DNA from: Takakia lepidozioides
Lineage: Eukaryota > Plantae > Bryophyta
NCBI GenBank assembly: GCA_030704615.1
Contig: CM060732.1
Location: forward strand, 27,528,001-27,592,000
Length of the DNA stretch: 64,000 nt
Direction: 5' to 3'
Positions 48,785 to 61,491 of the stretch are shown here, piece by piece. The notes under the pieces were generated by a model. It did not search any database. It was not told the origin of the DNA and saw nothing but the letters and a program-made list of their open reading frames with translations. The stretch's first letter is position 1. Each line of letters opens with the position of its first letter. The position numbers and the translations under genes were made by a program.

Positions 48785-51700
48785 GTGGAAGCTAAAGCTT
48801 TGAGGGACAACACAGCCAAGTCCACAGCAAGGTTCCTGTATGAGAACATACTTACACGATTTGGCTGTCCCTTGGAATTTATCAGTGATCAGGGAAGTCA
48901 CTTCATTAACAAGACCATTGAATTATTGACTAAAGAGTTCATGATTGTGCATAGGAAGAGTACAACATATTACCCACAGGGTAATGGGCAGGCAGAGGCT
49001 ACCAACAAAATACTATGTACTATCTTGGCTAAGATAGTCAATGCAAACAGAACGGATTGGGATACAAAGCTGCTGACAGCTTTGTGGTCATACAGGACTT
49101 CATATAAAGTCACCACTAAGTATACACCATTCCAATTAGTTTATGGTATGGAAGCTTTACTTCCAGTGGAATTCCTGTTACCTACCATGAGAACGGAATG
49201 GGGAAAGAGAATGAAATTGCAAGATTCAATTAAAGTCAGAAAACATGAATTATACCATGTGGAAGAAGTACGTGCTGATGCAGTTGATAATATGACCAGA
49301 ATTCAGATGAAGAGGAAGGAACAGTTTGATGAAGGCAAGTTAAAAACTTTTAAGACGGGAGATTTGGTTCTCTGGTTGCAGAAGAAGGGAAAGATTAAAA
49401 CTTCTAAGCTTAAATCACCATGGAAAGGACCTTATGTCATACATAAGATGTATGATAATAACATCGCCATGTTACAAACCATTAACAAAGAGATGCTGGG
49501 AAGAGTCAATGTCAATAAGTTGAAGGGGTACAGTGGTATCCATGACAAACCATTGCAGCATGATTTGCATGTTGAAACGCAAAAGCAGTCACGGGCTGCG
49601 CCAGTGATACCAACGGAGTATGGAGCACTTGTCGCTAGGCCGAGCATATATGACCAGGGCGGGCAGAACAAGCGCGACACAGCCTATCACAGCCCAGCAC
49701 GGCGCAATACAGCCTATCACAGCCTACCACAGCATGTCACAACCTATCACAGCTTACCACAGTGCAACACAGCCTATCACAGCGTACCACAGTATGACAC
49801 AGCCTGTCACAGCTCAACACAGCCTACCAGGGTTACACAATCCATAGAATCAGTGACAGGTGGATGCAGGATAACTTCAGGGAAATGGCCGGCGGAAGAA
49901 AGGACGGAAGCCAGTTTAGAAAGGGACACGTGGAAGTCAGGGCGCGACACACAGCTGAGAAGGAAGTGCAAGAATAGGTGTCATCAAGAAAGAGGACAAG
50001 AATGGCCGTCAAAGTACCTACTTAGCACGTCAATTCAGATGAATGGCGGGCCCATTAATGAATACGGAAAAAGGGCAACGGAACAAACGGCAAGTACAGA
50101 AAAGCAAAATTCTTCTCACATGTGTTATCTTAGTGGACAGTTCAGCAGGGAAAGTCCACTAAAGAAAATTAAATCTAGAATCCAGTCACAGCAGTTACAG
50201 CCAATCGAAAGCCAGAAAAAAGATCAAGAAATTGGAGGGAATTTAAGCGCAAGAGTCGGCGTCGTTCTAAGTAACGGGCGTCTCTACGGGACAAACCATC
50301 ATTGCTATAGCTTTGAAGCTATGGAGGAACTAACAGACTATACGCTCGCAATATTACTTACGCAGTGGCATAGGGACGGAAGAACAGAGCGGATCTTTTC
50401 TCTTAATCGATGCTTGCAAGCCCCGCAGGCTTACAAGAAATTACCCATAGCTTTTTGTGGCAACCATACGTTTATGCTTTGTGCCCTGCAGGCAATTCTT
50501 CAATTGTCACAGCCAAAACCTTTCTGTGGGTCTAGAATGAAGAGAGTGAGAGGAATGGAAGAAATCAGGGTGAAGAACACCACAATCCTGCAGAAACAAA
50601 CGATTGCTACTCCACAGGCGATACAGTTACTGAAGGAGCTGCGATTGGAAGGATTGCAAAGCAAAGATTGGACATTGCACCATAGACAATACATGTTACA
50701 ATTCTTCCAGAACTTTGAGCCTAGGACAGGAGCAACAACGGTGAAGGGAGTTGAATTAGAAATTACTCCCCTATACCTACAGCAATTGTTTGAATTGCCA
50801 TCAGGTCAGGTGCATGTGGAGGAGCACAGGGCAAGACTGCAAATAGGGGACTTATTCCAAGAAGGGAGTTTCTTTAAAACTCAAGGTTATGCTTGTACCA
50901 AGGCCGTCTACCCGGGGCTAAGGGAGGTAGGCCAAGTATTGAACGTTCTGTTTGCCATGAAACAGAACCAACAGTATTTGAGCAGATCCTTCACAGAGGA
51001 AATACTCAAAGCCCTGAGAGGAGAAGAGGTAGCATGGGCGGACATAATGTACAACGCACTGGTAGAGGAGATGAAAAGATTACAGGGCACTGCTGCAAAG
51101 TCTCCTATCATAGTGTCTGGCCCAATCATTGCTCAAATAATTCTTGATTCTTGCATACTTGATGCTCGAGAAAGACAGGAGATGGGAGTGTTTGAGACTG
51201 AAACCACTGCAATGGAAGAGCAAGGCTCTTCACACAGTGAGGGTGGACTGGCAGGGCAACCCCAGACTAAGAGACAGAGGCGGGGAAAGACTGTAGTGGC
51301 GGATCCACTAGCTTCACGGAAACCACATGATAATGTTTCCCAAGCTCTTGTGCAGGAAGGGGCACAACAACACAAAGAACTGCTATTATTGGAAGCAGGA
51401 CCTTCAGAGAGGGAAGAGGAAGTTACTTCAGTATCACAGCCATCACAGCCAGATGATCGGCTTGTCACAGAGTTACCACAAGTTGTCCATGCAGTTCCAC
51501 CAGAAATAATTGATTTGGAGAAAGAAGGGTTAGATATTCCCACTACAGAACAGGTGGTGGCAGAAATTGAGAAGGGGGACCTTCTCTATGAATATTCCGG
51601 TCTGGTCAGGGAAACAGTGATTCCGGAGGTGCAACGGTTGTCTAGGGGAAACCCTGCGGTGCATATAATACACACACCTGTGACGGAGGTACCACAGGTA

Positions 51701-54085
51701 GAATGTCAAGACACTGCAGCACCGGTGACGGATGAAGTGGTCCAGGAAGAAAATCTGGTGGGGCAATGGCCTGAGTGGTTCGTGAGGCATCACACTGTTG
51801 AGGATCAAGGAGAACAGCAGCAAGCTCACCATGATGACCCTCAACAGGCCATGCTTATGAGTTCCATAAGCAAGACACTTAATTTGTTGGGCATTTATGT
51901 CAAATCCCATGTTCCAACTACCCAATTGGCAACTTTGAGGGAGGAACTCAGGAAGGAGTTTGAGGCTCGACTTGCCACTGAGTGTGCAAACAAGGTCGAT
52001 GAAGAGGTCACTCTCAAGATGCAGCAAGACTTAGAGAGTACAGAAGCGGCTTTGCAATTGGCCAAGGAACAATTGATTGAGGCAGGCCTCGCGCAAGACC
52101 AGTTGCACGAAGCACATAAGCAACAACTATACCAAATGCAGATGAAGCATGAAAGCAAGTTGCAAGAAGTGAATGCACTACATACGAAGTTGCAGACAGT
52201 GCGTGACAGGATGGCCATACAATGTGCTACACTCACAACTATGCTTGACCAAGCTACAATAGAAATAAATAGTCAAGCGGAAAGATGTACGAAGGCAGAG
52301 GCAGAGAATGTTGAGCAAGTGAAACTCATTGTCGATATGAAGAATACAATCTGTCGCAATGAGAATACTTTCAAGCAATACAGGCAGGTTGAAGCTGACC
52401 AAGAGAGGTACATCCTGGAGTTGCAACAAACGCTCATGGTAAATAGAAATGAACTCTCTGTGGCTAACAAGGCTTGGAAGGAAGCCAATAATTTCGCTGC
52501 TGCCTATGTGAGTTTGGTTGAACCTCATGCGAAGCGCATGGAGGCTTTACAGCAGCAGATAAATGTGTACAGGCTCACAGAGGAGCATACTCTAAGGGGT
52601 GCCACAAGCAACTTGGTGGATAACCACCTTATGCAGGTCTGGTTAGCACAAGGGCCGGTGGAGGGCAAAGCACCACGAAAGCTCACCCAAAGCGAGATGA
52701 ATGAGCTCAGACTGCAAGTGCAGAACATTGCCACAACTACTATAGACAATGTCTATAGTAGGATAGCGGAGTTACTTGAGGATGTAGACGGCCTGCAGAC
52801 ACAAGTGGAGGACCTCACTTCAAATATCGACAAGAGAGTTTGTGTACCTGAGGAACAGCTAATGGCTTCTTATTTACAAGCGAGAACTTTGGCTTTTCAG
52901 TCTTCTTCACAGGGGGTGTAGGAGATGCCAATGGTACAAGAGCCAGTGCCACCAACACCACAACAAGTCACTGTGCCAGTAGCTGACCCTGTTGTTACTA
53001 CAGCCACACCACAGCCTGAGGTATTGGGGAATGCTGCTTTTAACCCACCTAAAATTCCTACTGCACGGGAGTACAGTCGGTCTATGATTATGCCCTTCAA
53101 CCAAATTCCCATTGTGTTGGATTTGGCTTGGAAAGAATTTAGTCCTCTGCAGTTGCTGGCACATTACTATCAAATCATGCACATTTGGCTGCCAGTGGCA
53201 ACTAGGACTAAAGTTCTTCCGAACAATCGACCAATTAAGGATAATCACTTTGCGCAGTACTGGCATGAGGCAAGTACCATGCTGAAGGAATTAATTGCCT
53301 TCCAAGTGGTACATGGATTCATTTATACCAAGACCAAGGAGGTAGCAAGTATTGTCATGGGCTGCGGGTTATACTACGCTGCTTGTTTTCGGGCACGTTA
53401 TCACATTGAGCAGCAGAAGATGCAATCGCGCTTTCTGAGTTATTCCAGTGGGGATCATTGGGTTTTATCTTCAATGCCACCTCATATGTACCTATATGAG
53501 GCAAAAGTTATGATGCAAAAGGATTCTCAGATTCGTTCATGGTTTCATGAGGCCTGGAACAATTTGTCAACACAGAAATTCGGCCCTGACAATATTTTCT
53601 TTAAGGGCCAAGAGGCATGGAAATACTTGCACAATTCACAAGTCATTGGTACACCACTCATCTGGACAGACAAGGAGTTCGGGGTCTTCACCAATTTTGC
53701 AATTCAGCGCTTACAACAAGTTTTACAGTTTAAACTTCCAGACATGGTGGGACAACATTGTATGCCCCAGAGAATTCCAGTTAAAGTTCGACAGTTAAAA
53801 CACCTCAGGGGGGACGAGGATTCTGATACAACTGTTTCTTCAGCGGACTCTTTTGACATGGCAGAGGACTATGCAATTCAGATGGCAGAGAAGAAGCGAC
53901 GGGGGTCTCCTATGCCTGAAAGATTACCTCGATATCAGCCTCCAGAGGGACTGACATATCCAGGTAGTGTTCAATCATCTCCCTCAACCAGTGACAGAAC
54001 ACGGGCTCGCACACGGAGTCCTTCACGAGACTCTAACCGTCAAAAGGGTGCTCACTCACAAAGGGTTACAAATCCCAAACAGTAA
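48785..54085 (+). CDS. Integrase core fused in frame to a long accessory region (Athila-ORF/Transposase_32-like segment, coiled coil, unknown C-terminal domain); one in-frame TAG at 52919-52921
   Basis: The 1378-aa ORF begins with SDQGSHF, YYPQGNGQAE and WKGPY. ORF 52925-54085 is in the same frame, one codon after the stop. Confidence 0.75.
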
Positions 54086-54123
54086 ACCGTGAGGACACGG
54101 CTTTTTGAGAGGGGAAGGGGTAA

Positions 54124-55181
54124 TGTTAGAGGACTGTCTGGGACTTAGGCACTTTTACGGGATCTGTGGGGTACCCTTAATTTTTGCACAGACTGAGACT
54201 AACAGGAGCCTTAGGGGTGACAACAGCGCACTTTAGGGGGGGTTTACACAGCCTGTCACAGTCCGACACAGCCCGTCACAGCCAACACAGCTCGTCACAG
54301 TCCAACACAGCCCATCACAGTCTATCACAGCCCGTCACAGTCCGACACAGCCAACACAGCCGCCACAGCCAGACACAGCCGTCACAGCCGACACAGTCCG
54401 TCATAGTCCAACACAGCCCGTCACAGTCCATCACAGCCCGTCACAGTCCGACACAGCCGACACAGCCGCCATAGCCAGACACAGCCGTCACAACTAGTCA
54501 CAGCTCGACACAGCCCAACACAGTCGCACAACCAGTCACAGTTTCACACAGCTAGTCACAGCTTGACACAGCTGTCACGACCATAGGGAACGGATAGCAG
54601 GACAGGGAACAACTGTGGGGAACAACATCTGCGAATGGAACATGTTAGTTCACAGATGACGGTTAGTGAGGGAAACGGTTAGAACAACGGGTAGGAAGAT
54701 AAAGCCAGGAGCAAGGATTGGAGAAGGATCACTTCTTGGGGGACTTCGGACATCACTGGGGGGAAATGAGGCAGAGAGCGCATCTCTGAGCAGAAAGAGG
54801 GAGAGCACGGAGTAGGAGGAGAACGATCTGTTGATGCTTGATGAATGCAAGCAGTAGAGTTGTAATGTAGAGCAGATTAGAGACTCCATGGCTTCAGCCT
54901 GATACTTGATAGATATTAATCTGATACATACTTCATACTCACATTGTGTAGAGAGATCTGAGTGAAGCTGTGGAATGAATGGATGAGTTGATGGAATCCG
55001 ATAGATTGCTGAAGCAAACTGATACTTAAATACCAACAGTAAGGTAACTAGCTAACATGAATGCGGGAAGGAAAACAAATAGGAAACACCCCCATGATAC
55101 ACTAGCTGTAGGTCATGACTGATTGTTCTGAGCGGGCTGAGTGCTTAGAGATTTCCAACTCTTCTATCTTGGAGTTCCCGC
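54124..55181 (+). repeat. 3' LTR, last ~41 bp missing
   Basis: Matches 43045-44023, with about 80 bp more internal tandem repeat. Confidence 0.92.
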
Positions 55182-55186
55182 AGTTC

Positions 55187-58185
55187 CTTTTAGGTCAAGA
55201 ACCAGTGATGAAAACGTTCATCGCATGGATGAAAATGTGTACCGTCATGACTTAGCCATTTTCTCCTGGCAAAGCATAAGTTCAGTGCGCTCATGAAATT
55301 ACCTACATGAAGGGATACATCCTTTCTGCAGTTGGGATGACGGGCACTCCGTCATAGTGATGTAGGTCGTAATGGTAAACATATGTAATGTTCTCTCCCC
55401 TGCATTCACACTACATATGTAGTGTGTCTCCCTTTTTAAGTGTCAGGGTCCTCACTGACCACCTTCACTGGCTGATCACACACTGGTGGTACGAAGGGTT
55501 TCAAGTCCCTCCTACTTCTTGTCCATTCCTTGTTTGCCCCATCTCTTAGCCTGCATCTGCGTGCAGCTTCCCCTGTCCTTGTGGTGTTTCCTGCATCTTT
55601 GTACCCCAAAAGTCATAAGGTCCCTCCCATGGAGATGTCATGGAAGATCTCTTTCCAGGCCTCAACATCATAACCTTGTTGTTTTCCATCAACTTGCAGT
55701 AGGTATGCCCAGTTTGATGCCTCCTTTCATAATCCCTTGCCTGCTGCCGCTGCCCTTTCTTCACATTTTTTCGCAGCTTTGCCTTCATCTCTGTGAGAAG
55801 CTGGATTTTCTGTTGCATCATAAGTGTGACCTCTGCTACAGATCCATCAGAATTTACTGGTGTTGTAAGAAAATGCAACCTGTTGTCAATTCCCAGCCTT
55901 GGAATTCTACCAGTAAGTACTTGAAAAGGTGAGAATCCAGTGGAAGCATGGACACCCATTCTGTAACCAAACAGGGCCTTATAGAGATTCTGATCCCATT
56001 CAGTGTCGTTTCCAACTCCTAGGGTGGTGATGCTCTATTTGAGAGACTTAATGACCCTTTCCACCATACCGTTACACTGAGGCCAGTAGGGGGCGCTATG
56101 CTCCCTCTTTATACCGTATTCGTGGCATGTATCTTCAAACTCACCTCCCCACTCTGTGCCATTGTCAGTGAGCAACGTATGTGGGCAGCTATACCTGTCA
56201 ATTACTTCTTCCTCAATAAAACGGGCAGCAAGGGCTGCTGTATGATCTGCCACTGGTGCAGCTTCTATCCATTTTGAGAAGTGATCGATTGCCACCAGAA
56301 AGTACTGATTGCCCCTGCTGGTTATAGGTAATGGTCCTGCCGTGTCAATTGCAACTCTGAAAAACAGATCTACTACTGGAATGCTGTGAAGTTTTGAGCT
56401 ACCTGAGCGCAATACTCCGTTCTGTTTGGCCATCTGACATTTACCACAACCCTTGAGAACTTTCCTGATGAGTTTTGTTCTATCATGCCAAAAATAACGT
56501 CGGTATATCTCCTCTTGAGTTCTTCTGACTCCAAAGTGGCCAGTGGCTTCATGTACTTCAGTGATTATTGCCCCTCTGTCAGTTCTTGGTGGAACTACCC
56601 TTCCATCAAAGTAGACCTCACCTTTGAGATAGGAGTACTGCCTTGCCCGCCTCTTGGCTCTCGTGCTCTCCTCTTTTGTCAGGTAGTCATTGACTTCTCC
56701 AAAACATAAGAGGTGCATGACTTCCACATCATCAAGCACATCAGGTTGCCTTTCCTCCTTAACAGCTGTTGTATGCTGGTCAGAGCTGATGAGAGAGCAT
56801 TTCCCCCATCTTTCAGCCTCACGTAATAATGACATCTGAGTAGCTTTGGTGGGTGCGGTCCATGGTACCCAGTCCCCTTCATCAATCTTGTTGCAAGAAG
56901 AAGTGGCTGGTTCTGAACCACTTGTTCCATCACTGTCTGAAGAACAAAACGTCTTGGTGGAACACTCACCCCCCATGTTTTCCTTGGCTGGGCGTTCTGA
57001 TGAGGAAGTCAACCGCGTTCTTCTTGTAGTTGGAGTGCTTGTCAAGTCTTGAAGGAATGGTGTCTCTTGCAAGCTTCCCTTTTCATTGTTTGATCTCTCT
57101 TCCACAAGTTCACAGGCTGGATGTACCTCGCTCAGCTCCTTATCACGAGCACGAGATCCTCGGGTAATCACGTGGATGGTGGGACAAGAGGGCATCAGAT
57201 GCTCCCTTTCCTTGTTGCTGATTGCAGTAGCCTCTATCCTTCCTGCACCCTTATCCTTCCAAATACCCTCCCTTACCAGATTGACAGAGCTTGATTGATC
57301 AATACCCTTTCCTTGTTTTTTTGTAGCAAAAGTCTGTGCAGCAAAAGTCACCCTCTTTCCTTCTCCATCTGGCATTATGCCTGGTTTCAGTTCTCCCTTC
57401 AATATGCCATGATCCTTGGTCAACATTCTACCTGTGGAAGGTCTTACTATGCCCGGAACAAACTCAAATGAAAAGTCACCAAGTAAGTCTATGCCTATGT
57501 GGTGCTCTGAGTACAGCCACCAATATGGATCTAGATCTGTTTCCAAAGAAAAATGACTTCCCAACAGTATTTTCTTGAAGTGCCAAAGGCCCCATACACA
57601 TGCATAGTACTCTTCTCTTTTGCAAATCATCTCCCTTTTTTCACTGCTATACCCTACTTGCCTATGAGCTTCTTCTCTCAACTCCTCCTTACCCTCCTTA
57701 AATTGAAATAACGAAGCATTGATGGCACCCCTATCCCAAGCTAGCTTAAGAAGATAGGCTCCATCCCTCTTTCTCCCTTCCTTTTTCTGACTGTACAGAG
57801 AAGTAGAGTATACCTCGATTTCCTCGGTTTCCTCAGCTGGTCCCACTGGATACCTGCATAGTGCATCTACGTTAGCATGCCTAGCACCTGCTCTGTGAAC
57901 AATTTCAAACTCAAAATCTTGTAACATCATGATCCATCTACCCCTGCGTCCATATGCGTCACTTACCGTTGCCAACCACTCCAGTGGTTTGTGATCAGTC
58001 CTGATTACAAAAGGGGTTCCATACAGGTACTGCCGAAAGTGTAATACTCCCCACACCAGGGCATAGCATTCACCTTCCATAGGGTGATATTTGCGCTGAG
58101 CATGAGATAGTACCTTACTGGCGTATGCAATGACCCTCTCCTTTTTATACTCCTTTTGTGACAAGACTGCCCCTACTCCTTTGAA
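55187..58185 (-). mobile_element. Third Gypsy remnant: RNase H, long linker, integrase, PPT, partial 3' LTR (55187-55415)
   Basis: GVGAVLSQ..IAYAS, TDHKPLEWL, HEATGHFG..CGKC, LTDNGTEW, PQCNGMVER and WEGPY. PPT AAAAAGGGAGA. The LTR fragment is shared with the solo LTR at 34923-37097. Confidence 0.9.
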
Positions 58186-59699
58186 TGTAGCGTGCTTAGA
58201 ACTTCTAGTGAAAATGAGACTGCCAACCACATAGAGCAAAGACAAGCCATGTTGAAAGGAAGAGAGAGATAGGGCTAATCATGTCAAGACTAGTAAGGAA
58301 TTAGTTTGATGTTTTATTTTTTGTCTTAAGAGTGGAAAGACCTAACCCTAGAGAGCTAACCATGCAATGGGATCTCTAAGTAGGGTGTGGGTTCTCTTTT
58401 TGTTGGCCACTAGGCCTTATTTTCATGTGTGAAGCTAACTAAGCATGCGAGAGAAGCCAACCCACTAACATTTGGGTAGATGCTTGCATGAAGCTTGGTG
58501 GGAAACCTTCTTTATATTTTTATTTTTCTTGAAGCAAGTGTGTGTAGCTTATTGTATACTAAGCCCACTATACTTGCCATTCATTTGTCTCTTTGTTAAG
58601 CATATCACCCCCCATAGGGGAGAAGCAAGGTGGAAGAGCTAGCAAAGTTTTGATGTTTTTTTCAAGTATATTTTGTCACTGGAATTTTATTTTTCATGCA
58701 TAACTAATTTACAGGTCAGAAATTTGATCTAATGTGGCCTCCCTGGCTTGGTTAAGCCATGGAGGACCATAGCTAACCTTTGGGGAGGGTAGGCTAGCCC
58801 ATTTGCGGTTAGCTTTGTATTATTTTCTTGTTTTTTTTAGGTGAAGGCAAAAAAGCCATGGATTCATGACGGGGTTCCCAAAAGTGAAGCGCCATAAAGG
58901 GGATACCATGGCTATAGCCAAAGGATGGCTAATGATGTGAAGCGGGCTGCAGGCCCCGTGTACCTTGAGGCGTTGACCACCCCAACCCCTAAGCTGCTCG
59001 ACAAGAGCCACGCAGGGGGGGGGTTGGGTAGGCCGTGTTTGCCACTTAAGTTATTCCTGGCTGTACCCAACGGTCCGTTGCTTTACCCGCGCTGCCGCGA
59101 CCAACGGTCCGTCGCCTTGCCACACGTGGCCCTGCGCGGGTCTGCGACCAGCGGGCAAAAGGGATGGGACGGACTAGCGGATAATAGCTTAAGGGGGGGG
59201 GGGGGGGGTCTTAGGTAGAAAAATACGTTGTGAATGGTTTTTGTCTTGTCGATCGAGGAAGTTTTGATATGTTGTCCTCTTAGCGGCTGGGTCGGAAATT
59301 AGAATAGAGGGTTGAGGGCCCCGAGGCCTTCGTTTTGGTATGTCATAGGTGGTCAGATGGGGAATCGGCCGCTCGGCTCACATCGAGACACCTTGCTCAC
59401 GAAAGCGGACGAGAAGTACAAAGCTTTTGGGAGGGGTAGAAGGGGGTTTGGAGTGGGAGAGGGAGTCATATCTGTTTGCACCCAGTCTTAAAATGCACTT
59501 AGGAAGGTGGAGGAACCAACAGTGGACCCACCAAGATATATTATTCATATGTGAGAAGCGTTTTTTGAGGAATGGGGAAGAGTGGATGGTTAGCCATAGA
59601 TGGATGAGGGACGGATGAGATTAACAATATTTCTTCCATAGGATGGATGAATGGTGGATGAAAAGATGATGATGAATGCAGTTTTCATCCGTTTACAGG

Positions 59700-59910
59700 G
59701 ATGAACGTTTCAGCGGCAGATTTTTGACTCCTAGATTTTCTCACGCCACAACGCAGATGTTTTGGTTCTGTAGGCACGACATAATGACTTGTGTATTTGG
59801 CAAGCCTAAGTACGGGATTCAGGGAATGCCAGAGCCTCCGGGCATCTGGCCTGTTGCACCGGGTTGCAACCTCTCTTAGAATGAGGCGGATGCTCTTTCT
59901 GTAGCAATAT
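59700..59910 (+). pseudogene. Fragment of a second MULE-type transposase C-terminal region
   Basis: FSGRF...FWFCRHDIMTCVFG...PPGIWPVAPGCNLS aligns with FTGLF...FWFCPDDMARCVKG...PPAIWPVKLGTSLS in ORF 33384-34592. Confidence 0.75.
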
Positions 59911-60255
59911 CTCGAATGGGCAACGCACAGACGTCCCGACCCACCCATTTACAATTCCTCAAACCCAACCATTGTAGACTGCGAGGTCTAGTGGAGACGG
60001 ATTGGACAATTCTGCACATCCCACAATGCGATTCGGAAGAGTGAATAGACGACACCCTCCCAACAAGTTGAATGAGACTCGGATTGTCAATGCTCTTGGG
60101 ATGGCTTTCACTATTCAAAGCTCCGTCAACGTACCCACAGTTACAATGCCTCTTGCTTTGGAACTTTGAATTTGAAACACTCATTTCATTGCCAATCGTC
60201 ATATTTGTTGCAAATTCTCATTTCAGTATCGTTTAATGGATATGTGGCATTGCAA

Positions 60256-61390
60256 GGTGACTGAGAATGCATTCATTGTCACCAACTTGTCCCACATGCT
60301 CTTCCGAGTGAAGGATGTCGGGAAGCAGGGGGTGCAAGAGTTTGCCAATTCGCTCGGTGCCGACCTACTGTGCAAGTCGGAGGCAAAGGCAGACAGAACC
60401 TGATATAGGCTGAGTATGGACGCCATGGTAGACTACATATTTTGGGTACAACGCCCAACTATTTTGTTGACGTAATCAGTCTTTTCTCCCCCAATAGAAG
60501 AAAAAATGTGGAGCATGATTTCTAATCTTATGTGCGCATTGTTGACAGACGAAAATTGAGCAGGATTTGGCACATGCGCAGAGGTTCTACATGGAGTTGG
60601 AGGAGAAAAAACTAACCCTCCCGACACTAGAATCGTATCTGAAAGCTGCGGAGGCGAAGGCTCGCGTCAAGTACAAGTCGCGGATGATGAAGTACGTGGC
60701 CATTGCCGATCCCGCCCGTGGTGCTGACTTTCTGGTGGAGGTGGGGAAGCACTACTCCCGCGCTCTCAAGCCCACGATGACACTGGAGAAGTTGCATCGT
60801 CTAGCCTCAACTTGTGTGGATGCAACAGAGAAGGTTACACATTCTTAAGCTGCCTTCTCTTGTGGCAACAATTCATTTTCGTGGTGTCTTTCGCTTACTA
60901 ATATGTACGCTGCTTGGACAGACCCGGTGGCTCCAAATCTGGAATGGGTCCCAGAGTACAAGGGACATGTGGAGCTTCCCAAAACCCGACAAACTGTCCG
61001 ACCCCACATTCGACATGTGGATGAACCGCATGACATGGTGGTTTCAGGTACTTTCCCACGCTTCATTTGGTGCTTCTACTCTTGTATCGGGTGGATTTCT
61101 TGTATTTCTTGAGGAATGCGGTTTGATAGAGAATCTCCGCAGGTGATGACGAATGCACAAGAGCAGCTTGACACCCAAGCACATCAGTTCAAGCTGGAGA
61201 TTGTAGGAGAAGCAGAGAGCCTACGCGACTATGAGATGAGGTACTTTCTGCTCTACAAAACCGACCTGTTCTTTCGAGAGATACCGCATGCTCGGCAGAG
61301 CCATGAGTTCACCGATCAGCCAAACGCGGACAAAGCGGCAATGCGCCTTCTGTACAGATAAATATGCGGTGCTCTTCCTTGATCCGTGGC
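60256..61390 (+). pseudogene. Spliced remnant homologous to the accessory gene at 40079-43044 (downstream exons)
   Basis: VTENAFIVTNLSHMLFRVKDVG..Y.LSMDAMVDYIF versus GTETSHVKTSLVHTLYRIQRIG..YSLTREAFMEYMY; MKYVAIADPARGADFLVEVGKHY versus VK*LRIADPSFGSQFLLEIKNHY. Shared intron position. Confidence 0.75.
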
Positions 61391-61491
61391 CATTGTAGTC
61401 CCTAGAGTTCGTAGATGTAAAACGGCTTGTGTGGGGCATGACAATTGGTTGTGAAGAAATGGCTAAGTCCCTGGGGTGCCTGTCCCCGAGA

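Larger units (their letters stand above)
43045..55181 (+). mobile_element. Non-chromoviral Ty3/Gypsy element (Athila/Phygy-like), internally deleted, 3' LTR truncated
   Basis: LTRs 43045-44064 and 54124-55181; PBS TGGCGACCATACTGGGGA; PPT GAGAGGGGAAGGGG at ~54107-54120; gag, pol and a long 3' ORF. Confidence 0.93.

Noticed and set aside
58186-59200. Additional LTR or MITE starting TGTAGCG at the pol breakpoint
   Set aside because: No second terminus, TSD or repeat copy could be identified in the window.
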